A stretch of DNA of 64,000 bases, from NCBI RefSeq assembly GCF_009914755.1, contig NC_060947.1. One strand, given 5' to 3'. The position numbers and the translations under genes are program-made. Positions 44,521-58,729 of this stretch are shown piece by piece. Positions within the stretch are counted from its first letter, which is position 1. The number at the start of each line of letters is the position of its first letter. A model generated the notes under the pieces. That model searched no databases and was not told where the DNA came from. It worked only from the letters and a program-made list of their open reading frames with translations. Source of the DNA: the human T2T-CHM13v2.0 reference genome, Homo sapiens.

Positions 44521-46645
44521 AATAACAGAAAGCTGAAACATCATTCAAATACTTTGACATGAAGCAACATTCCTGTAAATAATTCATAGGTCAAAGAAGA
44601 ATTCTCAAGAGAAATTACATGATCATCTAAATAAACACAGAAAAAGCAGGTGATGGTATCGACAGCTGAGAAACTGGAAGATGGATCACACCACAGGACT
44701 CTTTCCAGATATTTCTCAGTACCACCCTGGAGTCTGGTAGCTCTGCTGGGTGCCTAGACCCAAAAGAGAAATAACAATCACTGTGGTTCAGTTCTCAGGA
44801 AACTTCAATACTAGGGGAAGGGAAAGAGCACAACATCAAGGGATCACACCTTGGGACAAAAAAAAATCTGAACAACAGCTCTTGAGCCCCAGATCTTCGC
44901 TCTGACATAGTGTACCCAAATGAGAAGAAACCAGAGAAGCAATTCTGGCAATGTGACAAAATAAGTGTATTTAACACACCCCGAGAGATCACAGTAGATT
45001 ACCAGCAATGGATCCAAACCAAGAATAAATTTCTGAATTGCCAGAAAAAGAATTCAGAAGGTCAGTTATTAAGCTACTCATGGAGGGACCAGAGAAAGGT
45101 GAATACCAACTTAAAGAAATAAAAAAAAAAGATACAGGGAATGAACAGAAAAATTTCCCGAGAAATACATAGCATAAATAAAAAATCACAAATTCTGGAA
45201 ATCAAGGATACACTTAGGGAAATGCAAAATCCACTGAAAAGTCTCAGCAATAGAATCAAACAAGTAGAAGAAAGAACATCAGAGTTCGAAGACAAGGCTT
45301 TTGAATTAACCCAATCCAAGAAAGACAAAGAACAAAGAATTTAAAAAATGAACAAAGCCTCCAAGAAGTTTGAAATTATGTTGAATGACCAAACCTAAGA
45401 ATAATTGGTGTTCCCAAGGGAAAAAAGAAAGATAACAGTTTGGAAAACATATTTGAGGGAATAATTGAGGAAAACTTCCCAGGCATAGCTAGAGATCTAG
45501 ACATCTAAGTACAAGAAGCTCAAAGAACGCCCAGGAAATTTATTGCCAAAAGATCATCAACTAGCCACATAATCATGAGATTCTCTAAAGTCAAGATGAA
45601 GGAAAGAATCTTAAGAGCCCTGAGGTGAAAGCATCATGTAACCTATAAAGGAAAACCTATCAGATGAACAGCAGATTTCTCAGCAAAAATTTTGCAAGCT
45701 AGAAAACATTGAGGTCCTATCTTTAGCATCTTTAAACAAGAAAATTATCAGCCAAGAATTTTGTATTCGGCAAAACTAAGCTACATAAATAAAGGAAAGA
45801 TATAGTCCCTTTCAGAAAACAAATGCTGAAAGAATTCACCACTACCAAGCCAGCACTACAAGAAGTGATAAAAGGAGCTCTAAATCTTGAAACAAATCCT
45901 TGAAATACATCAAAATAGGACCTCATAAAGGCATAAATCTTACAGGACCTGTAAAACAATAACATAATGACAAAAAAGAACAAGGTATTCAGGCAACAAC
46001 TAAAACAATGAATAGAATAGTAACTCACTTCTCAATACTAATGTTGAATGCCCTAAATGCTCCACCTAAAGGAAACAGAATGGAGGAATGGAGAAGAATT
46101 CACCAACTATCTGCTATCTTCAGAAGACTCACCTAACACATAAGGACTCACATAAAGTTAAGGTAAAGGGGTGGGAAAAGATATTCCATGCAAATGTACA
46201 CTAAAAGTGAGCAGGAGTAGCTATTTTTATATCAGAGAAAACAGACTGTAAAGCAACAATAGTCAAAAAGAACAAAGAGGGACATTATATGATGATAAAA
46301 GGACTTGTCCAACAGGAAAATATCACAATCCTAAATATATATGCAGCTAACACAGGAGCTTTCAAATCTACAAAACTATAAGTACTAGACCTAAGAAATG
46401 AGATAGACAGCAACACAGTGATAAAGGGGGACTTCATTACTCAACTGACAGCACTAGACAGGTCATAAAGACAGAAAGTCAACAAAGAAACAATGAACTT
46501 AACCTATATCCTAGAAAAAAAAAAGGACTAAACTGATATTTACAGAACATTCTACCCAAAAACTGCAGAATATACATTCTATTCATCAGCACATGAAAAT
46601 TTATCCAAGATAGATCATAGGTTAGGCCACAAAACAAGTCTCAGT

Positions 46646-46749
46646 AAATTTAAGAAAATTGAAATGATATTAAGTATTGTCAGACTACAGTGGAATAAAA
46701 TTTAAGAAAATTGAAATTATATTAAGTATTCTCAGGCTATAGTGGAATA
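46646..46749 (+). repeat. 52-bp tandem duplication in L1PB ORF2
   Basis: aaatttaagaaaattgaaat.atattaagtatt.tcag.cta.agtggaata twice. Confidence 0.9.
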
Positions 46750-47464
46750 AAATTGGAAATCAACTCCAAAATGAACCTTAAAAACCATGCAAATACATGG
46801 AAATTAAATAACCTGCTCCTGAGTGATTATTGGGTCAACAATAAAATCAAGATGGAAATTTAAAAAATTATTTGAACTGAACGCTAATAGTGACACAACT
46901 TATCAAAACCTCTGGAATACAGGAAAAGCAGTGCTAAGAGGAACGTTCAGAGCATTGAATGTCCATCTCAAAAAGTCTGAAAGAACACAAATAGACAAAG
47001 TAAGGTCACACCTCAAGGGACTAGAGAAATGGGAACAAACCAAATCCAAACCCAACAGAAGAAGAGTCATAACACAGATCAGAGCAGAACTAAATTACGT
47101 TGAAACAAACAAAAAAAGGACAAAAGATAAAACAAAAAGCTGGTTCTTTGAAAAGATAAACAAAATTAGGAGAATATTAGTGATATTAACTAAGAAAAGA
47201 ATAGAGAAGATCCAAATAAGCTAAATTAGAAATGAAATGAGAGAAATTACCACTAAAACCACAGAAATACAAAAGATTATTTAAGGCTACTATGAACACC
47301 TTTACACGCACAAACTAGAAACCTTGCAGAGATAGATAAATTCCTGGAAATATACAGCCCTCCTACATTAAACCAGGAAGAAATAGAATCTCTTAACAGA
47401 CCAATAAGAAGTAGCGGGATTGAAACAGTAATAAAAAAAAATGCCAGCAAAAATATATCCAGAA

Positions 47465-48042
47465 AGGGTGTGGAGATCCTTTAAAGAACTAAAAGTACAT
47501 CTATTGTTTAATCCAGCAATCCTACTACTAGGTATCTTCCCAGAGGAAAAAAAGTCATTATACGAAAAAGATACCTGCACATGCATGATTATAGCAGCAC
47601 AATTTGCAATTACAAAAATAGGGAGCCAACTCTATTGCCCATCAGTCAACGAATGAATAAATAAATGCAGTATATGTATACCATGGAATACTACTCAGGC
47701 ATAAAAATGAATGAAATAATGGCATTTGCAGCAACCTGTATAGAATTGGAGACTCATTTTAAGTGAAGTAACTCAGGAATGGAAAACCAGATATCTTATG
47801 TTCTCACGCAGATGTGGGAACTAAGCTATGAGGAAGCAAAGACATAAGGATACATTGGAATTTGGGGACTCGGGGAAAGGGCAGAGACTGGCGAGGGATA
47901 AAAGACTACACATTTGGGTACAGTATACACTGCTCAGGTGATGGGTGCACCAAAATCTCAAAAATTACCACTAAAGAACTATTCGTGTAATGAAACACCA
48001 TATGTTCCCAAAAAACTTATTGAAATAAATAATAATAATAAT
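47465..48042 (+). mobile_element. L1PB 3' end nested in L1PB ORF2
   Basis: gtgtggagatcctttaaagaac...ttattgaaataaataataataat; host resumes at agtccaggacc. Confidence 0.85.
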
Positions 48043-49842
48043 CAGACACACACACAGTCCAGGACCAGAGAGATTCACAGCTGAATTCTATCAGACATTC
48101 AAATGAAAACTGGTAGCAATTCTATTGACACTATTCCAAAAGATAAAGAAAGAGAGAATCCTCCCTAAATCATTCTATGAAGTCAGTATCACCTTAATAC
48201 CAAAACCAGGGAAGGACATAACAAAAAAAGGAAAATACAGACCAATATCCCTGATGAAGATAGATGTAGAAAGTCTCAACAAAATACTAGCTAACTGAAT
48301 CCAACAGCATATCAAAAAGATAATCCACCATGATCAAGTGGGTTTCATACCAGAGATCCAGGAATGATTTAACATATACAGGTCAATAAATGTGATACAC
48401 TGCATAAACATAATTAAAAAAAATTATGTGATTGTCTCAATAGCTGCAGAAAAAGAAGACAAAATCTAACAACTCTTTATGAGCAAAACCCTCAGCAATG
48501 ACATCATATAAGGGACATAGTTAAGGTAATAAAAGCCATCTATGACAAACAAAGAGCCAACATTATACAGCATGGGAAAAAGTTGAAAGCATTCCACCTG
48601 AGAACTGGAACAAGAGAAGGATGCCCACTTTCACCTCTTTATTCAACATAGTACTGGAAGTCCTAGCCAGAGCAATCAGACAAGAGGTAGAAATCAGGGT
48701 AATCTAAATTAGTAAAGAGAAAGTCAAACTGTCACTTTTCGCCAATAATATAATCATATCTTTAGAAGACCCTAAAGACTCATCCAAAAGGCTTGTAGAA
48801 CTCAAAAATGAATTCAGTAAATTTTCAGGGTACAAAATCAATGTACCTGAATCAGTAGCATTGCTGTACACCAAGAGCGACCAAGAGGAATCAAATCAAG
48901 AACTCAACTCCTTTTACAATAGCTGCAAAATAAAATAAAATATTTAGGAATATACCTAACCAAGGAGGTGAAAGACCTCTACAAGGAAAACTACAAAACA
49001 CTACTGAAAGAAATTATATATGACACAAACAAATAGAAATACATCCCATGCTGATGGATGGCTAGAATCAATATTGTGAAAATGACCATACTGCCAAAAG
49101 CAATCTACAAACTTAATGCAATTCTCATCAAAATACCACTATCATTCCTCATAGAACTAGAAAAAAAATCCTAAAATTTACATGGAACCAAAAAAGACCC
49201 CACAAATCCAAAGCAAGACTAAACAAAAGGAACAAATCTGGAGGCATCGCATTACCTGACTTCAAACTGTACTATAAGGCTATAGTCACCAAAACAGCAT
49301 GGTACTGGCATAAAAATAGGCACATAGACCAATGGCACAGAATAGAGAACCTAGAAATAAACCCAAATGCTTGCAGCCAACTGATCTGCAACAAAGCAAA
49401 CAAAAAGATAAACTGAGGAAAGGACACCCTATTCAGCAAAGGGTGCTGGGATAATTGGCAAGCCACATGTAGAAGAATGAAACTGGATCATCATCTCTCA
49501 CCTTATATAAAAATCAACCCGAGATGGATCAAAGATTTTAATCTTCTAAGACTGGGAACCATAAAAATTCTAGAAGATAATATGGGAAAATCCCGTCTAG
49601 ACATTGGCTTAGGCAAAGACTTTATGACCAAAACCCAAAAGCAAATGCAACAAAAACAAAGATAAATAGGTGGGACTTAATTAAACTAAAAAGCTTCTGC
49701 ACAGCAAAAGAAACAATAAGCGGAGTAAACAGACAACCCACAGAGTGAGAAAATCTTCACAATCTGTGTATCTGACAAAGGACTAATATCCAGAATCTAC
49801 AAGGAATTCAAACAAATTACCAAGAAAAAAGAATCCCATCAA

Positions 49843-51017
49843 GAGAATTTAAAAAATAATTTTAACTAGACAAAAATGAAAATACTAATTATTAAAATTT
49901 GTGGGATGCAGTAAAAGAAGTGATTAGAGGGAAATTCATAGCATTGAATGCATATGTTATACAACAATAAAGATCTAAAATTGAGGATCTGAGCTTCTTC
50001 TACCAGAGGATACTAGGAAAAGACTAGCAAATTAAATTCAAGCCATTATGGAATATCGTATGGAGGTTCCTCAATATGTTAAAAATGGAACTACCATATG
50101 ACCCAGAAATTCCTCTTCTGGGTATATACCCAAAGGAAATGAAATCAGGACCTCACAGAAAAATCTGCACTCCTATGCTCATTGTTCATTCATAATAGCC
50201 AAAATATGGAAACAAACTAAGATTTGTTGACTGGTGTATTAGTCAGTTTTCATACTGCTATAAAGAACTGCCTGAGACTGGGTAATTTATAAAAGAAAGA
50301 GGTTTATTTGACTCACAGTTCAACATAGCTGCGGAAACCTCAGAAAAGTTACAATCATGGTGGAAGGCAAAGGGAAAGCAAGGCACCATCTTCACAAGGC
50401 AGCAGGAAAGAGATGTGCCAAGCAAAGGGGGAATAGCCCCTTATAAAGCCGTCAGATCTCATGAGAACTCACTCACTGTCACAATAATAGCATGGTGGAA
50501 GCTGCACCCATGATTCAATTACCTCTACCTGGTCTCTCCCTTGACACGTGGGGATAATGGGGATTATGGGAATTATAATTCAAGGTGAGATTTGGGTGGG
50601 GACACAAAGCCTAACCATATCAACAGGTGACTGTAAATGAATAGTGATATACAGTCGTGAACTACATAATGACATTTCAAAATAGAAAGCATGAAGTTCA
50701 GATGGGTTGACTAGTGAATTTTCCCAAATATTTAAGGAAGAAATTGTGTGAATTCTCCACAGTGTTTTTTAGATTTTGCAAGAGAAAGGAATATTTTTTA
50801 ATTCATTTTGTGAGGCCGTCATTACTATAAGGCCTACACCACAGAAAAACACAATAAAGGAAAACTACTGACCAATGTCTCTCATAAACAGATGTAAAAA
50901 TTCTCAACAGAATATTAGCAGATGATGTCCAACTATATATAAAAAATAATTATTTAGCACAAGTGGTATTTATTCCAGGCATGCAAGGCTGATTTAACAT
51001 TCAAAAGTCATTAATGT
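49843..51017 (+). mobile_element. L1M fragments (ORF2; L1MA 3' piece at 50041-50232)
   Basis: aaatttgtgggatgcagtaaaag; ggaactaccatatgacccag; caagtggtatttattccaggcatgcaaggctg. Confidence 0.65.
50235..50622 (-). mobile_element. THE1C/D (ERVL-MaLR) solo LTR
   Basis: tgtattagtc...gagatttgggtggggacacaaagcctaaccatatca; 5-bp TSD actgg / acagg. Confidence 0.92.
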
Positions 51018-51158
51018 GAGATTACAAAGGAACTGGAAAGCCTGAATAGACAGAAAGAGGGGAGGTTCCTGAACCGACAAATAATAATATAAGCATCAAA
51101 GATGGATTGCCCTAGGTCTAAGAGCTCAAATTCTGCATTTAAATTAAATTAAACATTA

Positions 51159-53390
51159 GGAGAAAAATGGCAGCTAACAGGCAGGACTAAATTGCAGCTT
51201 CCACTCAGACAGACAGAGCAGTGTGTGGAGGCTCCCAGTGTGAAATTTTGCTCCAAGAACTACTTCGGGAAAAGGAAAGCTGAGAGAATCCTCAGACCCT
51301 TTGAAGAAAGCAGCTTGCTGCTAGAGGCTCCATGAGATAGCTAAAAAACTGTGAGTGCCCAAAGTGTGAGAGGGGGAACGTCTACTCCCAAACACACATC
51401 CTTACTGGGGAACCTGAGGTTCCAGATTATGGGAGAAGGATTTGACCTTACATAGAGCTGGGATGAATTTAGAGAGTCAAGTGAAATATAGGAGTAGAGG
51501 GAAGCAGCAGGATGAGCCCTGTGGGCACTCTTGGTCCCCAGAGAAGTCATTCCTGAGTTTGTCTCACAAGGGTGTTTGGGTAGGGCTGCCAATAGAATTG
51601 GAGAAAGAGCACAGGGAGAAGGAAACTTCCAGATGAACTTTGTAACAATTTCAACTGAACACGAAGTTTCCTGGACAGAATATGGGGGAAGGGTGAATGG
51701 GGCATGCAGATACCAGCACAGAAACCACAGCAGGAGGGCAGTCAAGAAACCTGAAAGCCCTGCTTGCTTTCTCAGCTGGAGGGCTTGTAGCCTGGGGCAA
51801 GTTCCCCTGTTCACCAGCTGCCTGGATATAAACTTGGTGCTGTTGAGGGGGCAGGGTGGTAGTAAGACTTGCCTTTTGTGCTGCGTGGGAGCTGGGTGAG
51901 GCCTCTCCTGGCTTTCTCCCACTCATCTGACGACCTGTATGACATAACAGAGACAGCCATAATCCTTCTGGGAATGCAATTTCATCAGCCTGAGAAAAAG
52001 ACCCCCATCCCCCACAGCAGCTAAAGCAAGCCCGGCCCAAGGAGAGTCTGAGCTCAGATAGCCTAACCCTGCCCCCACCTGGTGGTCTTTCTCTACCCAC
52101 CCTGGTAGCCAAAGATAAATGACATAATCTCTTGGGAAGACTATGGCCCTGCCCATCACAGGAGGAACCTGAGTACTTATCCAGATAATCCTAGGGCAAG
52201 CTTGTATCCTCCCTATACCACCGCAGCTGATGCTGTCTTGAAAGCGCCATCTTCTGACTAAACCAACACAAAACCACCAAAGGCCAACCAACACAAAACT
52301 ACCGAACTAAACAAAATTAGAACCATACCCTCACAGAGTCCACTTCACTCCCCTGCTACTTTTTAAATTAAACTAAAAAGCTTATACACAGTGAAAGAAT
52401 CAACAGAGTAAACAGACAACCTACAGAATGAGAGAAAAACTTTGCGAACCATGCATCTGACAAAGGACTAATATCCAGAATCTACAAGAAACTCAAACAA
52501 ATCAGCAAGAAAAAAAAAAAAATACCATCAAAAAGTGGGCTAAGGACATGAACAGACAATTCTCAAAAGAAGATATACAAATGGCCAACAAACATATTTT
52601 AAAAAATGCCCAACATCACTATTGATCAGGAAAATACAAATCAAAACCACAATGCAATACCTCGTTACTCCTTCAAGAATGGCCATAATAAAAATTTAAA
52701 AAAAAAATACATGTTGGTGTGGATGTGGTGAAAAAGCAACACTTTTACACTGCTGGTGGGAATGTAAACTAGTACAACCACTATGGAAAGTTGTATGGAG
52801 ATTTAGTAAGGAACAAACAGTAGATCTATTTCATACAGCAATCCCACTACTAGGTATTTACTCAGAGGAAAAGAAGTCATTATACAGAAAAGATACTTGC
52901 ACATTCATGTTTATAGCAGCACAATTTGCAATTGCAAAAATATGGAACCAGCTCAAATGCCCATCAATCAACAAATGGATAAAGAAAATTATATATATAT
53001 ACACATACACGTATACATACACACTGTGGAATACTATTCAGCCAAAAAAAAAAAGGAATGAAATAATGGCATTTGCAGAAACCTGGAATAGTATTGGAGA
53101 CAATTATTCTAAGTCAAGTAACTCAGGAATGGAAAATCAAACATCATATGTTCTCACTCATAAGTGGGAGCTAAGCTATGAGGATGCAAAGGCATAAGAA
53201 TGATACCATGGACTTGAGAAACTTGGGGTAAAAGGTGGGATGGGTGGGGGAAAAAGACTACACACTGGGTACAGTGTACATCGCTCTGGTGATGGGTGCA
53301 CCAAAATCTCACAAATCACTGCTAAAGAACTTATCCATTTAACCAAACACCACCTGTTTTCCCAAAACCTATTGAAATAACAAATGTTTT
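51159..53390 (+). mobile_element. Internally deleted L1PB (5'UTR 51159-52360 joined to ORF2 end and 3'UTR 52364-53390)
   Basis: L1PBa 5' start (aaaatggcagctaacaggcaggactaaattgcagc); L1PB 3' end; TSD 51003-51017 / 53391-53405. Confidence 0.85.
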
Positions 53391-54720
53391 AAAAATCATT
53401 AATGTAACCTGTTACATTATCAGACTAAAGAAGAAAAATGCCATATTCATATACATAGCTTTAAACGATCCTTTCTCAAAATCCACGTTCCATTTATGAT
53501 TTAAAAAAAAAAACTTTTTAGCAAACCAGGAATAGAGAACTTCCTCAACTTGCTTTCTGAAAAATGTACAAGAAACCTATACCTAACAATATACTTAATG
53601 GGAAGAAACTAGAAGCTTTCTTACTAAGATAAGAAATAAGACAAGAATGTCCTTGGTAACCACTACTCTTCAATGTTATACTGGATGTCCTAGGTTATGC
53701 AACATGACATGAAAAGAAAATAGATTATATACATATTGGGAAGAAAAAACTGCTTTTTTTTTTTACAGGTGGCATAATTGTCTATACAGAAAATTTGAGT
53801 TGACCAAAAAAACTTTTGAACTAAAAAGCAATTATAGCAAAGTTTCAGGATACAAGATTAATATACAAAAGTCAATTGCTTTCCTACATCTCATGAATAA
53901 GTGGAATTTGAAACTAAAAACACAATTCCATTTACATTAGCACCCAATAAATAAAATGCTTGGGTACAGATAAAACAAAATAGGTACATGATATAGGAGT
54001 AAAACTATGAAACTCTGATGAAAAAAATTAAAGAAGAACTAAATAAATGGGAAGTCATTTTATGTTTATGGATAGTAAGAAAATATTTTGAAGATGTCAC
54101 TTCATTGCAAATTATTCTATAGGTTCAGTGCAATCCCAATAAAAATCCCAGGAAGTTGTTTTATGAATATTGACAAACTGATTCTGAAGTTTATATGAGA
54201 AGGCAAAAGACCCAGAATAGCCAACTTAGAACTGAAGAACAAGAAAGTCAGAGGCCTGACATTACCTGCATTCAAGTCTTACTATAAAGCTACAGTAATC
54301 AAGGCAGTACGATACTGTCTAGAAAATACACAAATAATTTAGTGGAACAGAATGGAAAACCTGTAAATAAACTCACATAAATACAGTAAACTGATCTTTG
54401 AAAATGGAGCAAAAGGTAATACAATGATTCAAATAACATTTTAAATAAATGGTACTTGAATAACTGGATCTCTGCATGCAACACAAAAAAATCTAAACAC
54501 AGACCTCACACTATTGAAAAAAATACATTTAAAATGGATCACAAACCTAAAGGTTAAATGTGAAGGTATAAAACTCCTAAAAATAACACTGAAAAAATCT
54601 AAGTTAATTTGAGTATTGTGATGGTTTTAAAAATACCAAAGACACAGTGTATGAAAGAAATAACTGATAAGCTGGACTTCATTTAAATTAAAAACTTTAA
54701 GTTTTTTTCAAGAACTTAAA
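53391..54720 (+). mobile_element. L1M ORF2 (continuation of host)
   Basis: agcaaagtttcaggatacaagattaatatacaaaagtc; actataaagctacagtaatcaag. Confidence 0.75.
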
Positions 54721-54723
54721 GTC

Positions 54724-54900
54724 AGGGCTTACTTGAGGGTAAAGGACGGGAGGAAGGAGAGGAGCAAAAAGAACTATTGATTATCAGGCTTAGTACCTGG
54801 ATGATAAAATAATCTGTACAACAAAACCCTGTGACATGAATTTACCTATATAACAAACCTGCATGTGTACCGCCGAACCTAAAATAAAAGTTTTTAAAAT
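54724..54900 (+). mobile_element. Short old L1PA 3'UTR
   Basis: cttacttgagggt...gtgacatgaatttacctatataacaaacctgcatgtgtacc..gaacctaaaataaaag. Confidence 0.8.
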
Positions 54901-55857
54901 AATATAGTTTAACATTTGAAAAATTAAACAATGTTATTTGCTATATTAACAGGTTAAAGAAAAACCATCTGATCATTCCAGTAGATGCAGAAAATGCATT
55001 TGACAAAATCCATCATCCATTTTTAATAAAATATCTCAGTAATCTAGGCATAGAAGGAAACTTTCTTTACCTTCTTTGAAAATTATATAGCTAGTACAAA
55101 ACTTAATGTTGGAAGACTGAATGCTATCCTGCTTAGGTCTGCAATAAAATAAGAATTCCATTTGAACACTTTTATTTAACATTGTACTGTAACTTCTAGT
55201 CAGTACAATCAAACGTGAAAGTTTGAAGGACACTAAGTAAATTTACAAAATTCAAACATATTTCTATATACCAGCAATAAACCTTGAGAATTTTAAAAGT
55301 CAATACTGTTTACAATAGCATAAAAATTACCAAATACATAGAGATGATCTGATAAAAAATGTGCAAGACCTGTACACTGAAAATTGTGAAACATTGCTGA
55401 CAGTAAGTAAAGAAGACCACATAAAATAGAGAGATCTGTAATACTCTTGGATTAGAAGACTCAATTTTGTTAAAGTGTCAGTTTTACCCAAGTAGAGATA
55501 CAGATTGAATGAAATCTCAAACTTTCAAACAGGTTTTTAAAAAGAAATTCACAAACCAATTTTAAAATTCATTTGAAATTACACAATATCTAGAGGAGCC
55601 AAAACGTTATGTGGAAAATAGTGTAAAGTTATAGGACTTACAATGTCATCAAGACTTAGAAATCTAACTTATTTAAGACAGTGTGGTATTGACAATATAG
55701 ATGAATAAATCAAAGGAAGTGAGTTCAGAAATAGGCTTACATACATACATATCAATTTTCAACCAAACCTGAAATTTCATGGAGAAAGTATAGTTTCTTT
55801 AACTAATGGTGGTAGAATAATTGAGTAACCATATGCAAAAAAAAAGAACATTTACCC

Positions 55858-56179
<322 letters not shown>

Positions 56180-56674
56180 TCACAGTGTACAATAATTAAA
56201 TCCAACCCAGTCATTAACCTAAATGTAAAACCAAAAATAAAAAAGTACACTTTTAGAAGAAAAAAATGGGGAATAATTTTTGTGTTAATTAGGTTAGACA
56301 AAAATTTATTAGGTGCGACACCATAGAATGATCAATAAAGAAAAATAATAAATTGGACTTCATCAAAATTAATTTTTCTGCTATTTGAAAGACATTTTAA
56401 AAATATTGTAAAGACAAGCTATAGACGTGGAGAAAATATTTACATTGTACAAGTGTAATAAATATTTTAATCTCAATAAGAAGTAATAAAAAAACCAAAT
56501 AAATAATGGACACAAGCTTTGAACAGGTATTTTATCAATGAAGATATGGAGATGGCAAATAAACACAAGAAACAATGATAAATATTATTTCTCATTAAAG
56601 AAATGCAATTAAAGTCACAATGATATATCACCACACATCTATTACACTGTCTTAGCTTTAAAAAGTTGATTATA

Positions 56675-57728
56675 CTTTAAGTTCTGGAATACATAATAAC
56701 CCTAGGGATTAAGTACTATTTAGTTAAACTTTAAATCTCAGAGAAATGGGGAACTACAATTTAATCACCAAACTTCATACAAATATTAAACAGAGCAGGG
56801 CTTGAACTCCAGGTCTGTCTCACTCCACAATCCTTTCCCAATCTGCAACATTTAAAAAAAAAAGAAGATATTACCATTCACTTAATATATTGGAGGTAGC
56901 ATAGGCAGTTGAAACTAAGCAAATAGTGGTTTTATTTTTATTTAGTGTTGGAATCAGACTCATTAAGAGATAGCGATCTATCAGTCTAAAGTATCCCTTG
57001 GGATCGTTAGTTATTTGGTAACACTATCAAGGTTTCCCTCTTATCTAGAAAGCATTTCTCCCCTTCTCTGCCTGATAAACTCCCACTCTTCTTTTTCCTT
57101 TCCTCACTCTTTCTTTTAATCCTTTCAGTAATTCATTGCACCTATTGTGTTTTCTTTGCAGTTTGTATCTATAAGAAATTTGTTATGTTATTATTTGTTA
57201 TTTAAATGTTCATTTTCCCAATTGGATTTTGAGTTCCTGGAGGAACTCCTCAGTGCCCTTCACAATTGTAGCTCATGGTCAGTGGGTTAATAAATGGGTG
57301 ATATCGCTCATTTATGCAGATTAAAGGGACAGTGTGTTATAATGGCAAGAACACTATAACTACATGAGTCATTTAACCGAACCTGTTTTCTGTTCTGTAA
57401 ATGGTGGATGTTGGGCTAGATAGCTTCCAATATTATTTCTAAATCTACTGTTGTCTGATTTACCCAAGTGCTGTTTTTACTGCCAGTAAAAAGCATACAT
57501 AGAAATCACTGAGAAATGACCTTTTGTTATATTTATTTGTTTCTTCTATTTCTACTGTGCCAAGCAATATAAGAACTCATACCTTCTCTATCATGATAAA
57601 AATCAAATGTCTACAGATGTAGCATAAGGAAAGAAGTAATTTTCTGCATGCAGTTCTTATTTTCTTTTGCCTGTGATAATTGCAAATCCGTCAATAGAAA
57701 TGAACTTTTTGTTACAAATATATTTTTT
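56675..57728 (+). other. TSD-flanked non-L1 insert containing MIR/L2-like remnants
   Basis: aaaagttgattata at 56661-56674 and 57729-57742; host L1 resumes in register. Confidence 0.75.
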
Positions 57729-57887
57729 AAAAGTTGATTATAAGAAATGTTGGCTAGGTTATGGAACAACTAGAGCTCTCATACACTGTTAGTGGGATTG
57801 TAAATTGTCCAACATTTTGAGGAAAAGTTTGACATTACTAAAATGTTAAATGTACACTGATATAGATTCAGCCATTCCACTCTTAGA

Positions 57888-58197
<310 letters not shown>

Positions 58198-58729
58198 CAA
58201 TCTTAAATATTTAACTAAGAGAAATGAAAGCATAGGTGCATACAGAGATTGTTATACACATATTTATAGCAGCTCCAAAAAGGAAAATAACCCAAAAGTC
58301 TATTAACAGGTGAGTGAATAAGAAAGGTGTTGTATATTCCTTCAGTAGAATACCACTCAGCAATAAAAAGGAATTACTATTGATACATGCCACAAATTAG
58401 ATAAATCTCAAGTAATTATGCTAAGTGAAAGAGCCTGACAAATTAGAATATTTTGTGTGATTTTATTCATATGAAATTATAGAAAATGCAAACTAATCTA
58501 CCATGACAGAAAGCAGATAAGTGGGTATGGTGAGAGGCTGGAAGAATTAACTATATTGAAGCATGAGAAAATTGTTAAGGATAGTAGATATACTCATCTT
58601 CTTGCTTGTGGTGATAGTATTCTAGGCATACACATATGTGAAAACTTATAAAATTGTAGAGTGTAAATATTTAGTTTATTGTTATGTACTTATATCTTAG
58701 TAAAGGTGTTTAGAGTTTTGACAGTCTTT

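Larger units (their letters stand above)
44645..49842 (+). mobile_element. L1PB internal segment (end of 5'UTR, ORF1, most of ORF2)
   Basis: L1PBa-type late 5'UTR; ORF1 (EIKDTLREMQN); ORF2 (TTYQNLWNT, SWFFEKINK); lacks both termini. Confidence 0.88.

Noticed and set aside
51341-52294. Long antisense ORFs (ORF0-like)
   Set aside because: Located in an L1PB 5'UTR; no similarity to L1PA ORF0 that I can recognise
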